This document shows, in pieces, positions 1 through 9,940 of a stretch of 64,000 nucleotides of DNA. The stretch's first letter is position 1, and the number at the start of each line of letters is the position of its first letter. Source of the stretch: Patescibacteria group bacterium (GTDB lineage Bacteria; Patescibacteriota; Minisyncoccia; Phycocordibacterales; UBA9973); the NCBI GenBank assembly GCA_040390725.1, contig JAZJXT010000006.1, forward strand, positions 64,367 to 128,366, written 5' to 3'. Made by a program: the position numbers and the translations under genes. The notes under the pieces were generated by a model. That model searched no databases, was not told the origin of the DNA, and saw only the letters and a list, made by a program, of their open reading frames with translations.

Positions 1-309
1 ACCGGCCTTCAATGCTTCTTCTGCTACTTCTGATTTATTAGTATCTACTGAAATTATTATTTTATTATTTTTTGCGCGCAGTTTTTTTATAACAGGCAAA
101 ATTCTTTTTATTTCTTCCTCAGCACTCACAGATAAAGACCCCGGCCGAGTAGACTCCCCTCCGACATCTACAATATCCGCTCCATTTTTTATCATCTCTT
201 CCGCTTGTTTTAAAGCATCTGAAACTTTTAAAAACTTTCCGCCATCAAAAAAAGAGTCTGGTGTAACATTTAATATGCCCATCACCAGACTCTTTTTCTT
301 TATTTTCAT
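1..309 (-). CDS. folP: dihydropteroate synthase (N-terminal part, runs off window)
   Basis: Manual translation from ATG at 309: MKIKKKSLVMGILNVTPDSFFDGG...GADIVDVGGESTRPG, the DHPS signature motifs. Not in the ORF track. Confidence 0.93.
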   Translation of the reverse strand, partial: MKIKKKSLVMGILNVTPDSFFDGGKFLKVSDALKQAEEMIKNGADIVDVGGESTRPGSLSVSAEEEIKRILPVIKKLRAKNNKIIISVDTNKSEVAEEALKAG

Positions 310-315
310 ATTTTT

Positions 316-741
316 TTACTCAGTAACTGTTATACCAGCTGAACGTGCAGACCCTGCGATAATTCTGATCGCGCCTTCCATGTCTTTTGCATTCAAATCA
401 ACCATTTTCTTTTCCGCTATTTCTTGCGCTTGAGCTTTTGTGATTTTGCCAACTTTTGAAGAATTCGGCTTACCAGAACCTTTTTCCACACCCGCTGCTT
501 TTAATATCAAATCAGTAGCTGGAGGAGTTTTGACTACGAAATCATAAGAACGGTCTTCGTAAACAAAAACTTGCACGCCAACCTTTTCGCCCATCATTTT
601 AGAAGTCGCCGCGTTGAACTTGGTAACGAAATCACCAATGTTTATACCGGCTTGACCCAATGCAGGCCCAAGAGGAGGAGCTGGAGTCGCCCTTCCACCC
701 ATAATCTGAAGCTTTATTTTTTTTGTTATTTTCTTTGCCAT
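316..741 (-). CDS. rplK: 50S ribosomal protein L11
   Basis: [13 protein letters not shown] motif; follows nusG. Confidence 0.98.
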   Translation of the reverse strand: MAKKITKKIKLQIMGGRATPAPPLGPALGQAGINIGDFVTKFNAATSKMMGEKVGVQVFVYEDRSYDFVVKTPPATDLILKAAGVEKGSGKPNSSKVGKITKAQAQEIAEKKMVDLNAKDMEGAIRIIAGSARSAGITVTE

Positions 742-768
742 ATATTTTTTGTATTTTTGTATACTATA

Positions 769-1314
769 TTAAATCTTTTTAACTTGCAAGAAGTCTAATT
801 CGACTGGTGTCTCGCGACCGAACATCGACACGAGCACTTTTATCTTTCCTCTTTCTTGATCAGTTGAGCTGACTTTACCTTCGAGGTCTTTAAATGGACC
901 ATCATTGATGCGAACTGTCTCGCCGATAGCCAGGTCAATATTGTGTTTTGCAGTACCGACATCCATTTTCTTGAATAAATAATCAACCTCTTCTTTTTTC
1001 AAAGGAACAGGGTTTACTCCTGCGCCGACGAAACCGGTTACTCGCGGAGTATTGCGGACAACATACCAAGAATCATCAGTCACAATCATATCCACCAACA
1101 CATAACCCGGATAAATCTTTTCTTCGACTTCCACTCTCTTGCCGGCTTTGATTTTTATCTTTTTCTCGACAGGTACTATGACATTAAAAATCTTGTCGTG
1201 CATTCCGAGTGAGTCAATACGCTGTTTCAAATTGCGAAGAACCGCATTTTCATATCCGGCATAAGTATGTATCGCGTACCAATTTCTAGCTCCTTGTGTT
1301 TCTTGTTTTGACAT
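769..1314 (-). CDS. nusG: transcription termination/antitermination factor NusG
   Basis: WYAIHTYAGYE...PGYVLV, KOW motif, FGRETPVEL. Confidence 0.98.
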   Translation of the reverse strand: MSKQETQGARNWYAIHTYAGYENAVLRNLKQRIDSLGMHDKIFNVIVPVEKKIKIKAGKRVEVEEKIYPGYVLVDMIVTDDSWYVVRNTPRVTGFVGAGVNPVPLKKEEVDYLFKKMDVGTAKHNIDLAIGETVRINDGPFKDLEGKVSSTDQERGKIKVLVSMFGRETPVELDFLQVKKI

Positions 1315-1324
1315 AATTTTTTAT

Positions 1325-1510
1325 TTAAAAAGAAATAATTTTTTCCAATCCCCTTGAGAAAAGAAAATCAAACAATCCTAAAAAGTAAGCAATTAAAACA
1401 GACACTGCCACGACGATAATAGTGTAAAAAATCGTCTGGCTCCTGGAAGGCCAAATAACATGCTTTAATTCTGCTTTCGTTTCTTTAAAATACTCGGTTA
1501 TTTTTGACAT
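1325..1510 (-). CDS. secE: preprotein translocase subunit SecE
   Basis: ELKHVIWPSR motif plus one TM helix; secE-nusG-rplK synteny. Confidence 0.95.
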   Translation of the reverse strand: MSKITEYFKETKAELKHVIWPSRSQTIFYTIIVVAVSVLIAYFLGLFDFLFSRGLEKIISF

Positions 1511-1600
1511 AATCTTTTATATCCTTATTTTATAACATTTCTTCCCTAAATCCACTAGTGGATCGGGCGAACATTTGTATTTACAAATGTTTTAGCCTTA

Positions 1601-1622
1601 GAAAAAAGCCCCGCGAAGGGCT
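1601..1622 (-). terminator. intrinsic terminator after SIMPL gene
   Basis: Minus strand AGCCCT-TCGC-GGGGCT followed by a T-run. Confidence 0.6.
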
Positions 1623-1657
1623 CCTTCCAATATACTCTTTTCGAGTCCAAAAGTCAA

Positions 1658-2461
1658 TTACCGTATCTCGTACGTGATAGTCACATCAGAAGTGATAGTA
1701 TTCTCCCCTTTTGGAATTTCAGATGGAACAGATGCACTGTCGGCAGACATCGTAGCTATGCCTTTCGCATACATAGGCATTGGGTAATTTCCATTTTCAT
1801 TGAATGAAGTTATTTTACCTAAACTGACACCGAGTTCTTTTGCGAGTTCTTCGGCTTTAGTTTTAGCATCACTAATTGCTTTTGTTCTTGCATCTATTTT
1901 TAAAGAATCTTCATCATCAATAGTAAAATTCGGCCCGGACATATTTGTCACACCAATTTTATTTATGCCATCTATAACCTTAGAAACATCATCGACTTTA
2001 CGGATTTTTACACTGACGCTTTGCGAAACTGTATATCCGATAATTTTTGATTCTGTATTCTGACAAGGAGGCATAATACCATTTGCAGGATAATACATCG
2101 GACAAGGAGCTGGATTGGAATATTTAGGATATGAATTATATCCTTCTGTTTTAATATCTTTTTGATCAACCCCGGAAGAAGCCAAGAAATCCAAAATATT
2201 TTTTGTCTTTGAATTTACTTCATCAGAAGATTCTTTTTGAGTACTCTTGCTGGATTCAATCGTAAAATAAATGCTTGCAATGTCAGGAACAGCTTTTACT
2301 TCACCATGACCGGAAAAAGACATCACTGTTGGTTCTTTATTTTCACCGAGCAAGCTAAAAGATTTTACTTCATAAAAAACTTTCACACCGAAATAAACAC
2401 AAAGTATCGCCATCAACACTAACCCTGCATTTTGTATCGCTTTATTTTCAAATATTTGCAT
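1658..2461 (-). CDS. SIMPL (DUF541) domain protein
   Basis: G.GEVKAVPDIA and AISDAKTKAEELAKELGVSLG motifs; N-terminal TM; start set at MQIFE. Confidence 0.88.
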   Translation of the reverse strand: MQIFENKAIQNAGLVLMAILCVYFGVKVFYEVKSFSLLGENKEPTVMSFSGHGEVKAVPDIASIYFTIESSKSTQKESSDEVNSKTKNILDFLASSGVDQKDIKTEGYNSYPKYSNPAPCPMYYPANGIMPPCQNTESKIIGYTVSQSVSVKIRKVDDVSKVIDGINKIGVTNMSGPNFTIDDEDSLKIDARTKAISDAKTKAEELAKELGVSLGKITSFNENGNYPMPMYAKGIATMSADSASVPSEIPKGENTITSDVTITYEIR

Positions 2462-2468
2462 ATATTTT

Positions 2469-2482
2469 CCCGCCAAGGCGGA
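2469..2482. repeat. short GC-rich REP-like palindrome (CCGCC-AA-GGCGG)
   Basis: Same core as the copies at 2978, 30049 and 54821. Confidence 0.55.
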
Positions 2483-2484
2483 TA

Positions 2485-2970
2485 TTATTTAATTGCTAAA
2501 AGTTCAACTGTGAATGTCAAAGTTGCATTTGGAGGTATTACCGGAGGGTGTCCACTTGCTCCATAAGCAAAATCAGGTGCGATTTCTAATTTCCTCTGCT
2601 CACCGACTTTCATACCGACGATGCCTGTATCCCAACCTTTTATGACTTGCCCTGCACCGAGAATAAATGGAAATGGTTCTACGTGTTGGAATTTTGGATC
2701 AACGTTAGAATCAAAAGTCGAACCATCTGCCAATGTGCCTGTGTAATTCATAGCTACAGTATCACCGGATTTTGCTACCGCGCCTGTGCCTTCTTTTAGA
2801 ATTGTAATTTTTACTCCTTCGATTTGTTGTGTTTGCATGTTTGTATTTTGTTCAGCTTGGCTGACTACTTGCGCCGGAGCTGTTTGTTTTTTATTAATTG
2901 TAATATAAGCCAAAACTGCCACCACTAAAACTACTATCACTACTGAAACTATCGTCATATTATTTTTCAT
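2485..2970 (-). CDS. FKBP-type peptidyl-prolyl isomerase with N-terminal anchor
   Basis: YTGTL.DG..FDS, VIKGWD.G..GMKVG, IPPNATL.F.VEL. Confidence 0.95.
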   Translation of the reverse strand: MKNNMTIVSVVIVVLVVAVLAYITINKKQTAPAQVVSQAEQNTNMQTQQIEGVKITILKEGTGAVAKSGDTVAMNYTGTLADGSTFDSNVDPKFQHVEPFPFILGAGQVIKGWDTGIVGMKVGEQRKLEIAPDFAYGASGHPPVIPPNATLTFTVELLAIK

Positions 2971-2977
2971 ATTATTT

Positions 2978-3007
2978 TCAGCCCTAAGCTGATCCGCCTT
3001 GGGCGGG
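2978..3007. repeat. 30-bp double-hairpin REP-like element
   Basis: TCAGCCCTAAGCTGA-TCCGCCTTGGGCGGG; 26/30 identical to 54821..54850. Confidence 0.75.
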
Positions 3008-3024
3008 ATATTTATTTTTAATAC

Positions 3025-4041
3025 TTATATTATATTAACTTCCGGCACAATTTGCAAATTGAATTTTTCTTTAACAGAATCAATTATTTGATTTGCGAAA
3101 TTAATAATCTCCTCCCCCGTTGCTCCGCCGTAATTTATGAGGACAAGCGCTTGCTTTTCATGCACTCCGACATTGCCTACTTTTTTCCCTTTCCATCCGC
3201 ATTTTTCTACGAGCCAACCGGAATTTATTTTAATCTTTTCCCCTTCTTCAAAAAAAGATAAATCCGGATAAGTCGACAAAAGCTCAGCGAGCTTTTGTCG
3301 ACTAACATAAACATTCTTGAAAAAACTTCCGGCATTGCCAAGAACTTTTGTATTATAAGGCAACTTACTTCTACGTATTGCAGACACTGCAATACTCACA
3401 TCCTTGGAACTTTTCACTTCTATGTTATTTTCTTTTAAATAATTTTCCAGAATTTTGTAAGAAATATTTGGTTTTGAAATTTTACTTAATTTTATAGTTA
3501 TCGCCGTAATGAAATATTTTCCTTTAACTTTACTTTTGAAAATACTGTCTCGATAACCAAATTCACATTCCGCATTTTTAAAAACTTTTTTTTCTCCACT
3601 TTCTATGTCATAAGCTTCAATATCTTCTAAAGTATTTTTTAATTCCACTCCATAAGCGCCGATATTTTGCATCGGCGCTGCGCCAGCTGTGCCAGGAACC
3701 AATGCCAAATTCTCAATCCCCCACAAGCCTCGTTCCACCGTAAACTGTACAAGGTCATCCCATATTTCTCCGCCCATACATTTTATAAAAACACTTTCCG
3801 TATCCTCAGAAACAACTTCAATGCCTTTTAATTTATTTAAAATGACAATACCATCAAAATCTTTTGTAAAAAGTATATTACTACCTCCACCCAAAAATAA
3901 TTTTTGATTATTTTTAAATTCTGATAAATTAAAAAGCTCAGGCAAATCCTCCTCTCTCTCAAGAGTAACAAAATACTTTGCACGTGCATGCACGCCAAAA
4001 GTATTCAAATCTTTCAAGTCATAATCTTTAATTATTTCCAT
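3025..4041 (-). CDS. murB: UDP-N-acetylmuramate dehydrogenase
   Basis: LGGGSNILF, GAAPMQNIGAYG, GNAGSFFKN, HEKQALVLIN; start set at MEIIKD. Confidence 0.95.
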   Translation of the reverse strand: MEIIKDYDLKDLNTFGVHARAKYFVTLEREEDLPELFNLSEFKNNQKLFLGGGSNILFTKDFDGIVILNKLKGIEVVSEDTESVFIKCMGGEIWDDLVQFTVERGLWGIENLALVPGTAGAAPMQNIGAYGVELKNTLEDIEAYDIESGEKKVFKNAECEFGYRDSIFKSKVKGKYFITAITIKLSKISKPNISYKILENYLKENNIEVKSSKDVSIAVSAIRRSKLPYNTKVLGNAGSFFKNVYVSRQKLAELLSTYPDLSFFEEGEKIKINSGWLVEKCGWKGKKVGNVGVHEKQALVLINYGGATGEEIINFANQIIDSVKEKFNLQIVPEVNII

Positions 4042-4116
4042 CCCGTTAGAAGTTATGCTAATTTTTTTATTATTTATCATATTATTTAACACCGTTAAAG
4101 AGACTTCTAACGGGAT
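4040..4116. repeat. 14-bp perfect inverted repeat pair (MITE/REP-like)
   Basis: ATCCCGTTAGAAGT (4040-4053) and ACTTCTAACGGGAT (4103-4116). Confidence 0.65.
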
Positions 4117-4211
4117 CCATATCTTCACTATACAAAAACTCCCCCATTTCCGCAATCATCAAAAATTGGCAAAAAATTAGCACAGCTTTTTATCGCTGTG
4201 CTTTTAATTAC

Positions 4212-4649
4212 TTAGGCTGTCTTTTCTGGCCTACCATCTGGGAAGAGGATGTTTTCTCTTCTAGTAACCATTTGATCGCTGGTAAACCCATGATACGGAT
4301 TTTCCTCCAGATGGAGAAAAAGTTCCTCAGCTAAAGTCTCTTCTCCGATTGTCATTTCCCTGGACTTAACCGGGGTAACTCCATCAGATTTTTTCCATGT
4401 GTGAATAGCATTTTCCCACTCTCCTTGATATGGCATTATACCACTGGGATGATTTGGGAATCTTGTTAATTCACCCTTAGTGACATGTCTTTCACCGCTA
4501 GGTTTCATGTAAAAAAAATCATTTTCTTGTTTACCATCCTTACCATTAAACACTGCGGTCCGACAAATAAACAAGTTGTTGCTTTGAGTGTCAATACACT
4601 TCCACGAAACTGTGGAGTTTTTTGATGAACTACTGCTAATTTCTGCCAT
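4212..4649 (-). CDS. hypothetical protein
   Basis: 145-aa ORF with its own TTGACA-17-TATGCT promoter (~4685-4713) and a downstream hairpin (4179-4202). Confidence 0.6.
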   Translation of the reverse strand: MAEISSSSSKNSTVSWKCIDTQSNNLFICRTAVFNGKDGKQENDFFYMKPSGERHVTKGELTRFPNHPSGIMPYQGEWENAIHTWKKSDGVTPVKSREMTIGEETLAEELFLHLEENPYHGFTSDQMVTRRENILFPDGRPEKTA

Positions 4650-4749
4650 AATCTGAATATTTAAACGTGTTGAAATCCGTGTAAAGCATAGCAGTTACGT
4701 GCTTGTTTGTCAAGTATGTATACTAAGGCTTAAAATGTATAATGTTTAC

Positions 4750-5700
4750 ATGCATATTTCAACCATTATCATCCCTGTCCGCCCACAACCAGATACTATT
4801 TTAGCTATCTACCTTTTGAAGCGTTTCGGCACAAAAAAATTCCCCGGAATAGAAAAAGCTATAATTACAATAGACAAATACGCTGGGTCTAAAGACAAAA
4901 CTTATGAAGAATACCTAAAAAATGGAGAACTTTTGGTAGATGTAGGCGGTGGCCCTTATAATCATCACCATACTAAAATCCATACTACAGCATCGATGCT
5001 CGTCGCGGAGGACTTGAGCATCAACAAGGATCCTTCTTTGAGCAAACTTTTAAAGTATGCGGAACGAGATGACAAATTCGGCCTCGGCACCATCTCCAAA
5101 GATCCACTCGATAAAACTTTCGGACTTTCAGGATTGATATATTCAATGAATAAACAATATCCGAATGACCCGAACAAAACTATAAATGCTACCATTGAAT
5201 TTTTTGAAGCACACTATTTAGAAGAAAAAAGTAGAATAGAAGAACTGCCAAAAATTTATAATGAATTAAAAAAAGAAGGAAAAGCAATAGAGGTAAAACT
5301 TACTTCATTAAAAGCTGTCCTCATAGAGTCCGACAATATCAGCATGCCAGGATATTTACGTGCCGGAGCCGGAGGCAGATACGACATAGTTGTGCAAAAA
5401 AGATCAACTGGCCATGTAAATATACTTTCTCGTTTGCAAAAAGATAAAAAAATTCCATTAGCACAACTCGCCGCAGTCCTGCGTGCAAATGAAATTTATG
5501 CGGAAACTGGAAAAGAAAGCAGTAAAAATTATGAAGAGCTTTCCGCTCCGGGCAGAATGAATGAAACGCCAAATTGGTATTATGACCCCGCTACTAACTC
5601 TATACAAAATGGCGGAGTAAACACCGACGCCACCGTCCCAACCAAAATCCCCTGGGAGCATTTCCCGGAAATTCTTCAAATGGCTTTTGGAGATAAATAA
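4750..5700 (+). CDS. putative MYG1/DHH-like metal-dependent hydrolase
   Basis: DVGGGPYNHH resembles the MYG1 DVGG..DHH motif; TATAAT just before MHIST start. Confidence 0.45.
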   Translation: MHISTIIIPVRPQPDTILAIYLLKRFGTKKFPGIEKAIITIDKYAGSKDKTYEEYLKNGELLVDVGGGPYNHHHTKIHTTASMLVAEDLSINKDPSLSKLLKYAERDDKFGLGTISKDPLDKTFGLSGLIYSMNKQYPNDPNKTINATIEFFEAHYLEEKSRIEELPKIYNELKKEGKAIEVKLTSLKAVLIESDNISMPGYLRAGAGGRYDIVVQKRSTGHVNILSRLQKDKKIPLAQLAAVLRANEIYAETGKESSKNYEELSAPGRMNETPNWYYDPATNSIQNGGVNTDATVPTKIPWEHFPEILQMAFGDK

Positions 5701-5741
5701 AACTATTTCTTTTCTTGATTTGGCATAGGATTCTAAAATTT

Positions 5742-7016
5742 TTATATCCAAAAAGAAACCATAGCAGAAATGCCGACTAGGGCCATGAGGAAAAAAGTTA
5801 TTTGGCCTATAATTTTAGTCAAAGGACGATTTTTATGTTCTCCCATTACTTTTTCATTTGAACTCAAGCCTAAAATAAGAAAAATAATAATAGGGGCAAC
5901 AAAGCCATTTAATACAGCTGAATAAATAAGTGCTTTGATAGGATCAAGGCCTATAAAATTCAGTAAAATACCTAAACCAACAGCAAGTATTATGACTCCA
6001 TAAAAAGCCATGGCTTCGCGCCATTTCCTGTAAAGACCTTCTCTCCAATCAAAATATTCCGATACAGCATACGACACTGAACCTGCGAGCACAGGTATGG
6101 CCAAAAGCCCGGTGCCTACTATGCCTATCGCAAAAAGAGTATAAGCGAAATTCCCGGCAAGAGGCTTTAATGCAAGTGCGGCATCGGATGCTGTAGTAAT
6201 ATTTGTAATACCATTTTTAAATAAAATAGCCCCGCAAGTGACAATAATAAAAAACATGACCGTATTTGAAAAAAACATCCCCGACCACACGTCGGTGCGC
6301 ATTTTTTTAATATCTTCTTTTATTTCAAGATCAGAAGAAATACCTTCGGTGATTTGCGGAGATAAATTATATTCTTCCACTTCTACAGAAGTCTGCCAGA
6401 AAAAAAGATATGGGGAAATAGTCGTTCCTAGAATAGCGCAAATTAAAATCAAATTATCTTTAGTAAAATGAAAACTCGGGATAACAGTATTTCTGAAAAC
6501 TTCCGCCCAATCCACAGACACTACAAGTGCGCAAAGAATATAAGCTAGGAGCACAAATGTTAAGTATTTTAAATATTTAGCATATGTTTTATAAGGAATA
6601 AAAATCTGCAAAGCGAGTGAAAGAATTGCAAAAAAAATCACGAGCAGGGCAAAATAAAATTTTGGAAAAAGCAATTGTGTGCCCTGAGCCATGGCACCCA
6701 AATCCGCACCGATATTAAAAACATTTGCAAAAAGTAAAAGTGCAGCACAAATAAAAAGAACCTTTTTGGAATAATATTTTTTTATATTAGTAGCGAGCCC
6801 GGTACCAGTGACGAGCCCGATACGCGCGCACATCTCCTGCACTACAGCCATCAAAGGGTATGTAAAAAGTGAAAGCCAAACAAATCCGAAACCAGTCGAT
6901 GCGCCCGCTTGCGAATATGTGGCGATGCCAGAAGGGTCATCGTCAGCAGCACCCGTGACTAGCCCGGGGCCTAAAACTTTCCAATAATTTTTTACTGTTT
7001 TAATTATTTTTTCCAT
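5742..7016 (-). CDS. NRAMP-family divalent metal transporter
   Basis: LGPGLVTGAADDDPSGIATYSQAGA, GTTISPYLFFWQ; multiple TM helices. Confidence 0.92.
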   Translation of the reverse strand: MEKIIKTVKNYWKVLGPGLVTGAADDDPSGIATYSQAGASTGFGFVWLSLFTYPLMAVVQEMCARIGLVTGTGLATNIKKYYSKKVLFICAALLLFANVFNIGADLGAMAQGTQLLFPKFYFALLVIFFAILSLALQIFIPYKTYAKYLKYLTFVLLAYILCALVVSVDWAEVFRNTVIPSFHFTKDNLILICAILGTTISPYLFFWQTSVEVEEYNLSPQITEGISSDLEIKEDIKKMRTDVWSGMFFSNTVMFFIIVTCGAILFKNGITNITTASDAALALKPLAGNFAYTLFAIGIVGTGLLAIPVLAGSVSYAVSEYFDWREGLYRKWREAMAFYGVIILAVGLGILLNFIGLDPIKALIYSAVLNGFVAPIIIFLILGLSSNEKVMGEHKNRPLTKIIGQITFFLMALVGISAMVSFWI

Positions 7017-7799
7017 TTACTTCAAAGTTGCTGAGAAAATATTATACATTGGTATCACTTCTTTCGAAATAATTTTTGCTGAAAATGGCTCTGCCCAAGT
7101 AAAAGAAACATTTTGACTTTGATTTCTATCTAAAAGATCAATGGTGGTCGAACTAGCAGAAACAGCATTGCCGGAAACATCATATAAAATAACTACAACA
7201 TTCATATCAGGAATTCTAAATAAAGAATCATTTTTTATAACAGCGGACATCCCTGGACTAGTGTTTTCACCCTGAAGAGAGATCTGATCTACGGAAACTT
7301 TTACTTGATCTATTTTATCTTGCGAAACTTGCAACCAAGTCGGCATCTCAGTAAATTCAAAAGTAGTATAAACTGGAATAGAATTCCCTACATCTATGGC
7401 TGGCGCAAAAACAGCGAATTTGCCGGATGGTGGAACATAAGTATCCCCCTCGCGTGAGCCAATGTATAAATTGTCTTTATCCGCAAAACGAAATTTGTAA
7501 TGAAGTTTATTCACAACAGCATTTTGATTGTGATTTTCTAAATAAGCCACTGCATTGTAACGTCCGGGAACAACCCGAAAAGATTTACTCCAGAGAATAG
7601 AAATCTGATCTACCTGCAAAGTACAAGCTTTCAAGCAAGACCCCCCGCAATCTATCCCCGTCTCAGTGCCATTTTGTAAGCCATCCAAGCAAGTCGGCGC
7701 TTTGTTAAAATGCGGATAAATTATCAAAAAACCTAACATAGAAAAAAAGGCTATAACAATAACTAAATAAATAATCTGCCGTCTTAATGCCCAAGTCAT
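7017..7799 (-). CDS. membrane-anchored hypothetical protein with Cys-rich motif
   Basis: N-terminal TM, TCLDGLQNGTETGIDCGGSC motif, beta-rich C-terminus. Confidence 0.7.
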   Translation of the reverse strand: MTWALRRQIIYLVIVIAFFSMLGFLIIYPHFNKAPTCLDGLQNGTETGIDCGGSCLKACTLQVDQISILWSKSFRVVPGRYNAVAYLENHNQNAVVNKLHYKFRFADKDNLYIGSREGDTYVPPSGKFAVFAPAIDVGNSIPVYTTFEFTEMPTWLQVSQDKIDQVKVSVDQISLQGENTSPGMSAVIKNDSLFRIPDMNVVVILYDVSGNAVSASSTTIDLLDRNQSQNVSFTWAEPFSAKIISKEVIPMYNIFSATLK

Positions 7800-7834
7800 A
7801 AGTTTATTATAACACTTTTTTTGATTAGTATTAT

Positions 7835-8629
7835 CTATGACAATAATACTCCCCCATCGACAACTATCTGCGAACCAGTCATATAACTGGAAAGATCAGA
7901 GGCGAGAAATAAAGCAACCTTGCCAATATCATCAGGGTCACCCATTCTTTTCATTGGAATTTTTTCAGAAAATTTTTTAACCATCTCTTCCATTTGCGAT
8001 GTCATCGTTTTGCCCGTGCCCGTACCAGGAGTAGCTATGCCACCCGGCGCGATAGTATTTACTTGTATATTATGCGGAGCGAGTTCCAAGGCTACATTTT
8101 TTGTAAAACCCCAAAGACCATGCTTTGATGCATCATAAACAGCAAGCCCGACAGAAGAAGGATGAACAGCATCTATCGAAGTGATGTTAATTATTTTTCC
8201 ACCCCTGCCTTGCTTTATCATTACTTCTGCCGTCATTTTAGTAAATAAAAATACACTTTCTAAATTTACTGCTAAAACTTTTTCAAATTGAGCAATATCC
8301 ATTTGCATTACTGGAATCATAGGATAAATACCCGCGTTATTTACCAATATGTCCACACCGCCATAAATTTTCATACTAAAATCAATAGCATTTTTTACAT
8401 CTACTTCTTTTGAAACATCAGCCTTTACAAAAGACGCTTTCCATCCATTCTTTTCCAGTTCTTTTGCTGAATTATTTCCAACTTCTTCATTTAAATCAAC
8501 AATGACTACATTTGCTCCGGCTTCAGCTAGACGATAAGCAATGCCAAAACCAATACCCATAGCACCACCAGTCACTATCGCTGTTTTTCCATTAAGGTAT
8601 ATAAGTTTTTCTAAAAGTATTTGTTTCAT
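7835..8629 (-). CDS. SDR family oxidoreductase
   Basis: TGGAMGIG, NNAG and YDASK catalytic motifs. Confidence 0.95.
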   Translation of the reverse strand: MKQILLEKLIYLNGKTAIVTGGAMGIGFGIAYRLAEAGANVVIVDLNEEVGNNSAKELEKNGWKASFVKADVSKEVDVKNAIDFSMKIYGGVDILVNNAGIYPMIPVMQMDIAQFEKVLAVNLESVFLFTKMTAEVMIKQGRGGKIINITSIDAVHPSSVGLAVYDASKHGLWGFTKNVALELAPHNIQVNTIAPGGIATPGTGTGKTMTSQMEEMVKKFSEKIPMKRMGDPDDIGKVALFLASDLSSYMTGSQIVVDGGVLLS

Positions 8630-8655
8630 AAAATTATTTTTTTAAAATTTATAAT

Positions 8656-9912
8656 TTAATTCATTTTCATATTAATTTCTTTATTGTTATTATTTATTTG
8701 CGAGAAAATATCCGGATTTTTATCTCCTGAAACTTCAAGCGTTGCCCAAGCGCCTTTATTCATCCTCGCGAGAGCATGATCAACAAGTAAATATTTTCCA
8801 GGAACATTTACAGTAAATTCCACAATTGACGCTCCACCAGGCAAGACTTCTGTAGTCTGCACATTTTTCAAAATTGCCGAACCTGTACCTATCGCAGCTT
8901 CAGGATAAACTTTATCAAAAATTTCTCCTATGATATGAAAAGATGAAATAAGATTAACTCCCCCATTGCCGACATAAATGCGAATTTTGTCGCCGACTTT
9001 TGCTTGCAAACGAGGAACACTTTCTATCTTTCCATTAAAAACCACATAATTCGGATTACCAGCAAGCAATGCATCTGAATCAAAAGGTACAAGGCCTAGT
9101 TTGCCTATTTGCCCCGCAGTATAAAATTCTCCCTGCATTATATAAAATTCCTTATCGACTTTATCTAAAGCAATTTGTGAATCTTTCGGGTCTACCATTA
9201 TGAGTCCGTATTGCCCGTGAGAATTATGCGTGCTGACATTCGGCATTGCGCAATGATAAACATAAAGGCCAGAGTTCAATGCTTTCCATTTAAAAGTTTT
9301 TGTTTCTCCGGGAGCAACATCGGAAAGCATAGCGCCTCCACCTTGACCCGTCACCGCATGCAAATCAATATTATGGTGATGCAAACTCGACTTGTCATTT
9401 TCAAGAGTAATCTCCATTGTATCGCCTTCTCTGACTCGCAACATAGGACCGGGAACTTGTTTATTGTAAGTCCAATAATTCAAATAAATTCCAGGTGCAA
9501 TTTCGGAAATAACTTCTTGCGCTTTTAAATGTATTCTCACGATTCCGTCCGCATCAGGCTTTTGAGCTTCACTCGGCACAGAGTCAGGGCTTGCGGAAAT
9601 ATCAGCAACTTTTTCAAAATTATTTTTATGAATTAAAAAATCCAAAATTTTAGAAAATGGAATTGAAGGAGGAACCCCGCCCGGAGCGTCGGAATGCATA
9701 AATGCCGGCATTGCAAAATCCGGCGCATAAGTTCTGTTTGAAATAAGTCCGGCAAAAAACGCGATAACAAATAAAATTATCGGAACGTAAATACCTTTTT
9801 GTTTTACAACATTCCAAACTGCCGGCTTTTTTATTAAATAAATAAAAATTGACAAAACAGCTAAGGCACCGACTAGCGCCGAAATCATTTCAAAAATAAG
9901 ATATGTGAACAT
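8656..9912 (-). CDS. nirK: copper-containing nitrite reductase with N-terminal TM anchor
   Basis: HNIDLHAVTG, YHCA....H...G.YG, SSFHIIGEIFD, LVDH motifs. Confidence 0.9.
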   Translation of the reverse strand: MFTYLIFEMISALVGALAVLSIFIYLIKKPAVWNVVKQKGIYVPIILFVIAFFAGLISNRTYAPDFAMPAFMHSDAPGGVPPSIPFSKILDFLIHKNNFEKVADISASPDSVPSEAQKPDADGIVRIHLKAQEVISEIAPGIYLNYWTYNKQVPGPMLRVREGDTMEITLENDKSSLHHHNIDLHAVTGQGGGAMLSDVAPGETKTFKWKALNSGLYVYHCAMPNVSTHNSHGQYGLIMVDPKDSQIALDKVDKEFYIMQGEFYTAGQIGKLGLVPFDSDALLAGNPNYVVFNGKIESVPRLQAKVGDKIRIYVGNGGVNLISSFHIIGEIFDKVYPEAAIGTGSAILKNVQTTEVLPGGASIVEFTVNVPGKYLLVDHALARMNKGAWATLEVSGDKNPDIFSQINNNNKEINMKMN

Positions 9913-9940
9913 CTCTTTATTATACCTCAAAAATTAGATT

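Noticed and set aside
1551-1657. Palindromes upstream of secE as a tRNA or a fourth toxin-associated sRNA
   Set aside because: No cloverleaf. A TTGACT-17-TATATT promoter precedes the hairpin, but the hairpin is adequately explained as the SIMPL terminator and no toxin gene is adjacent.
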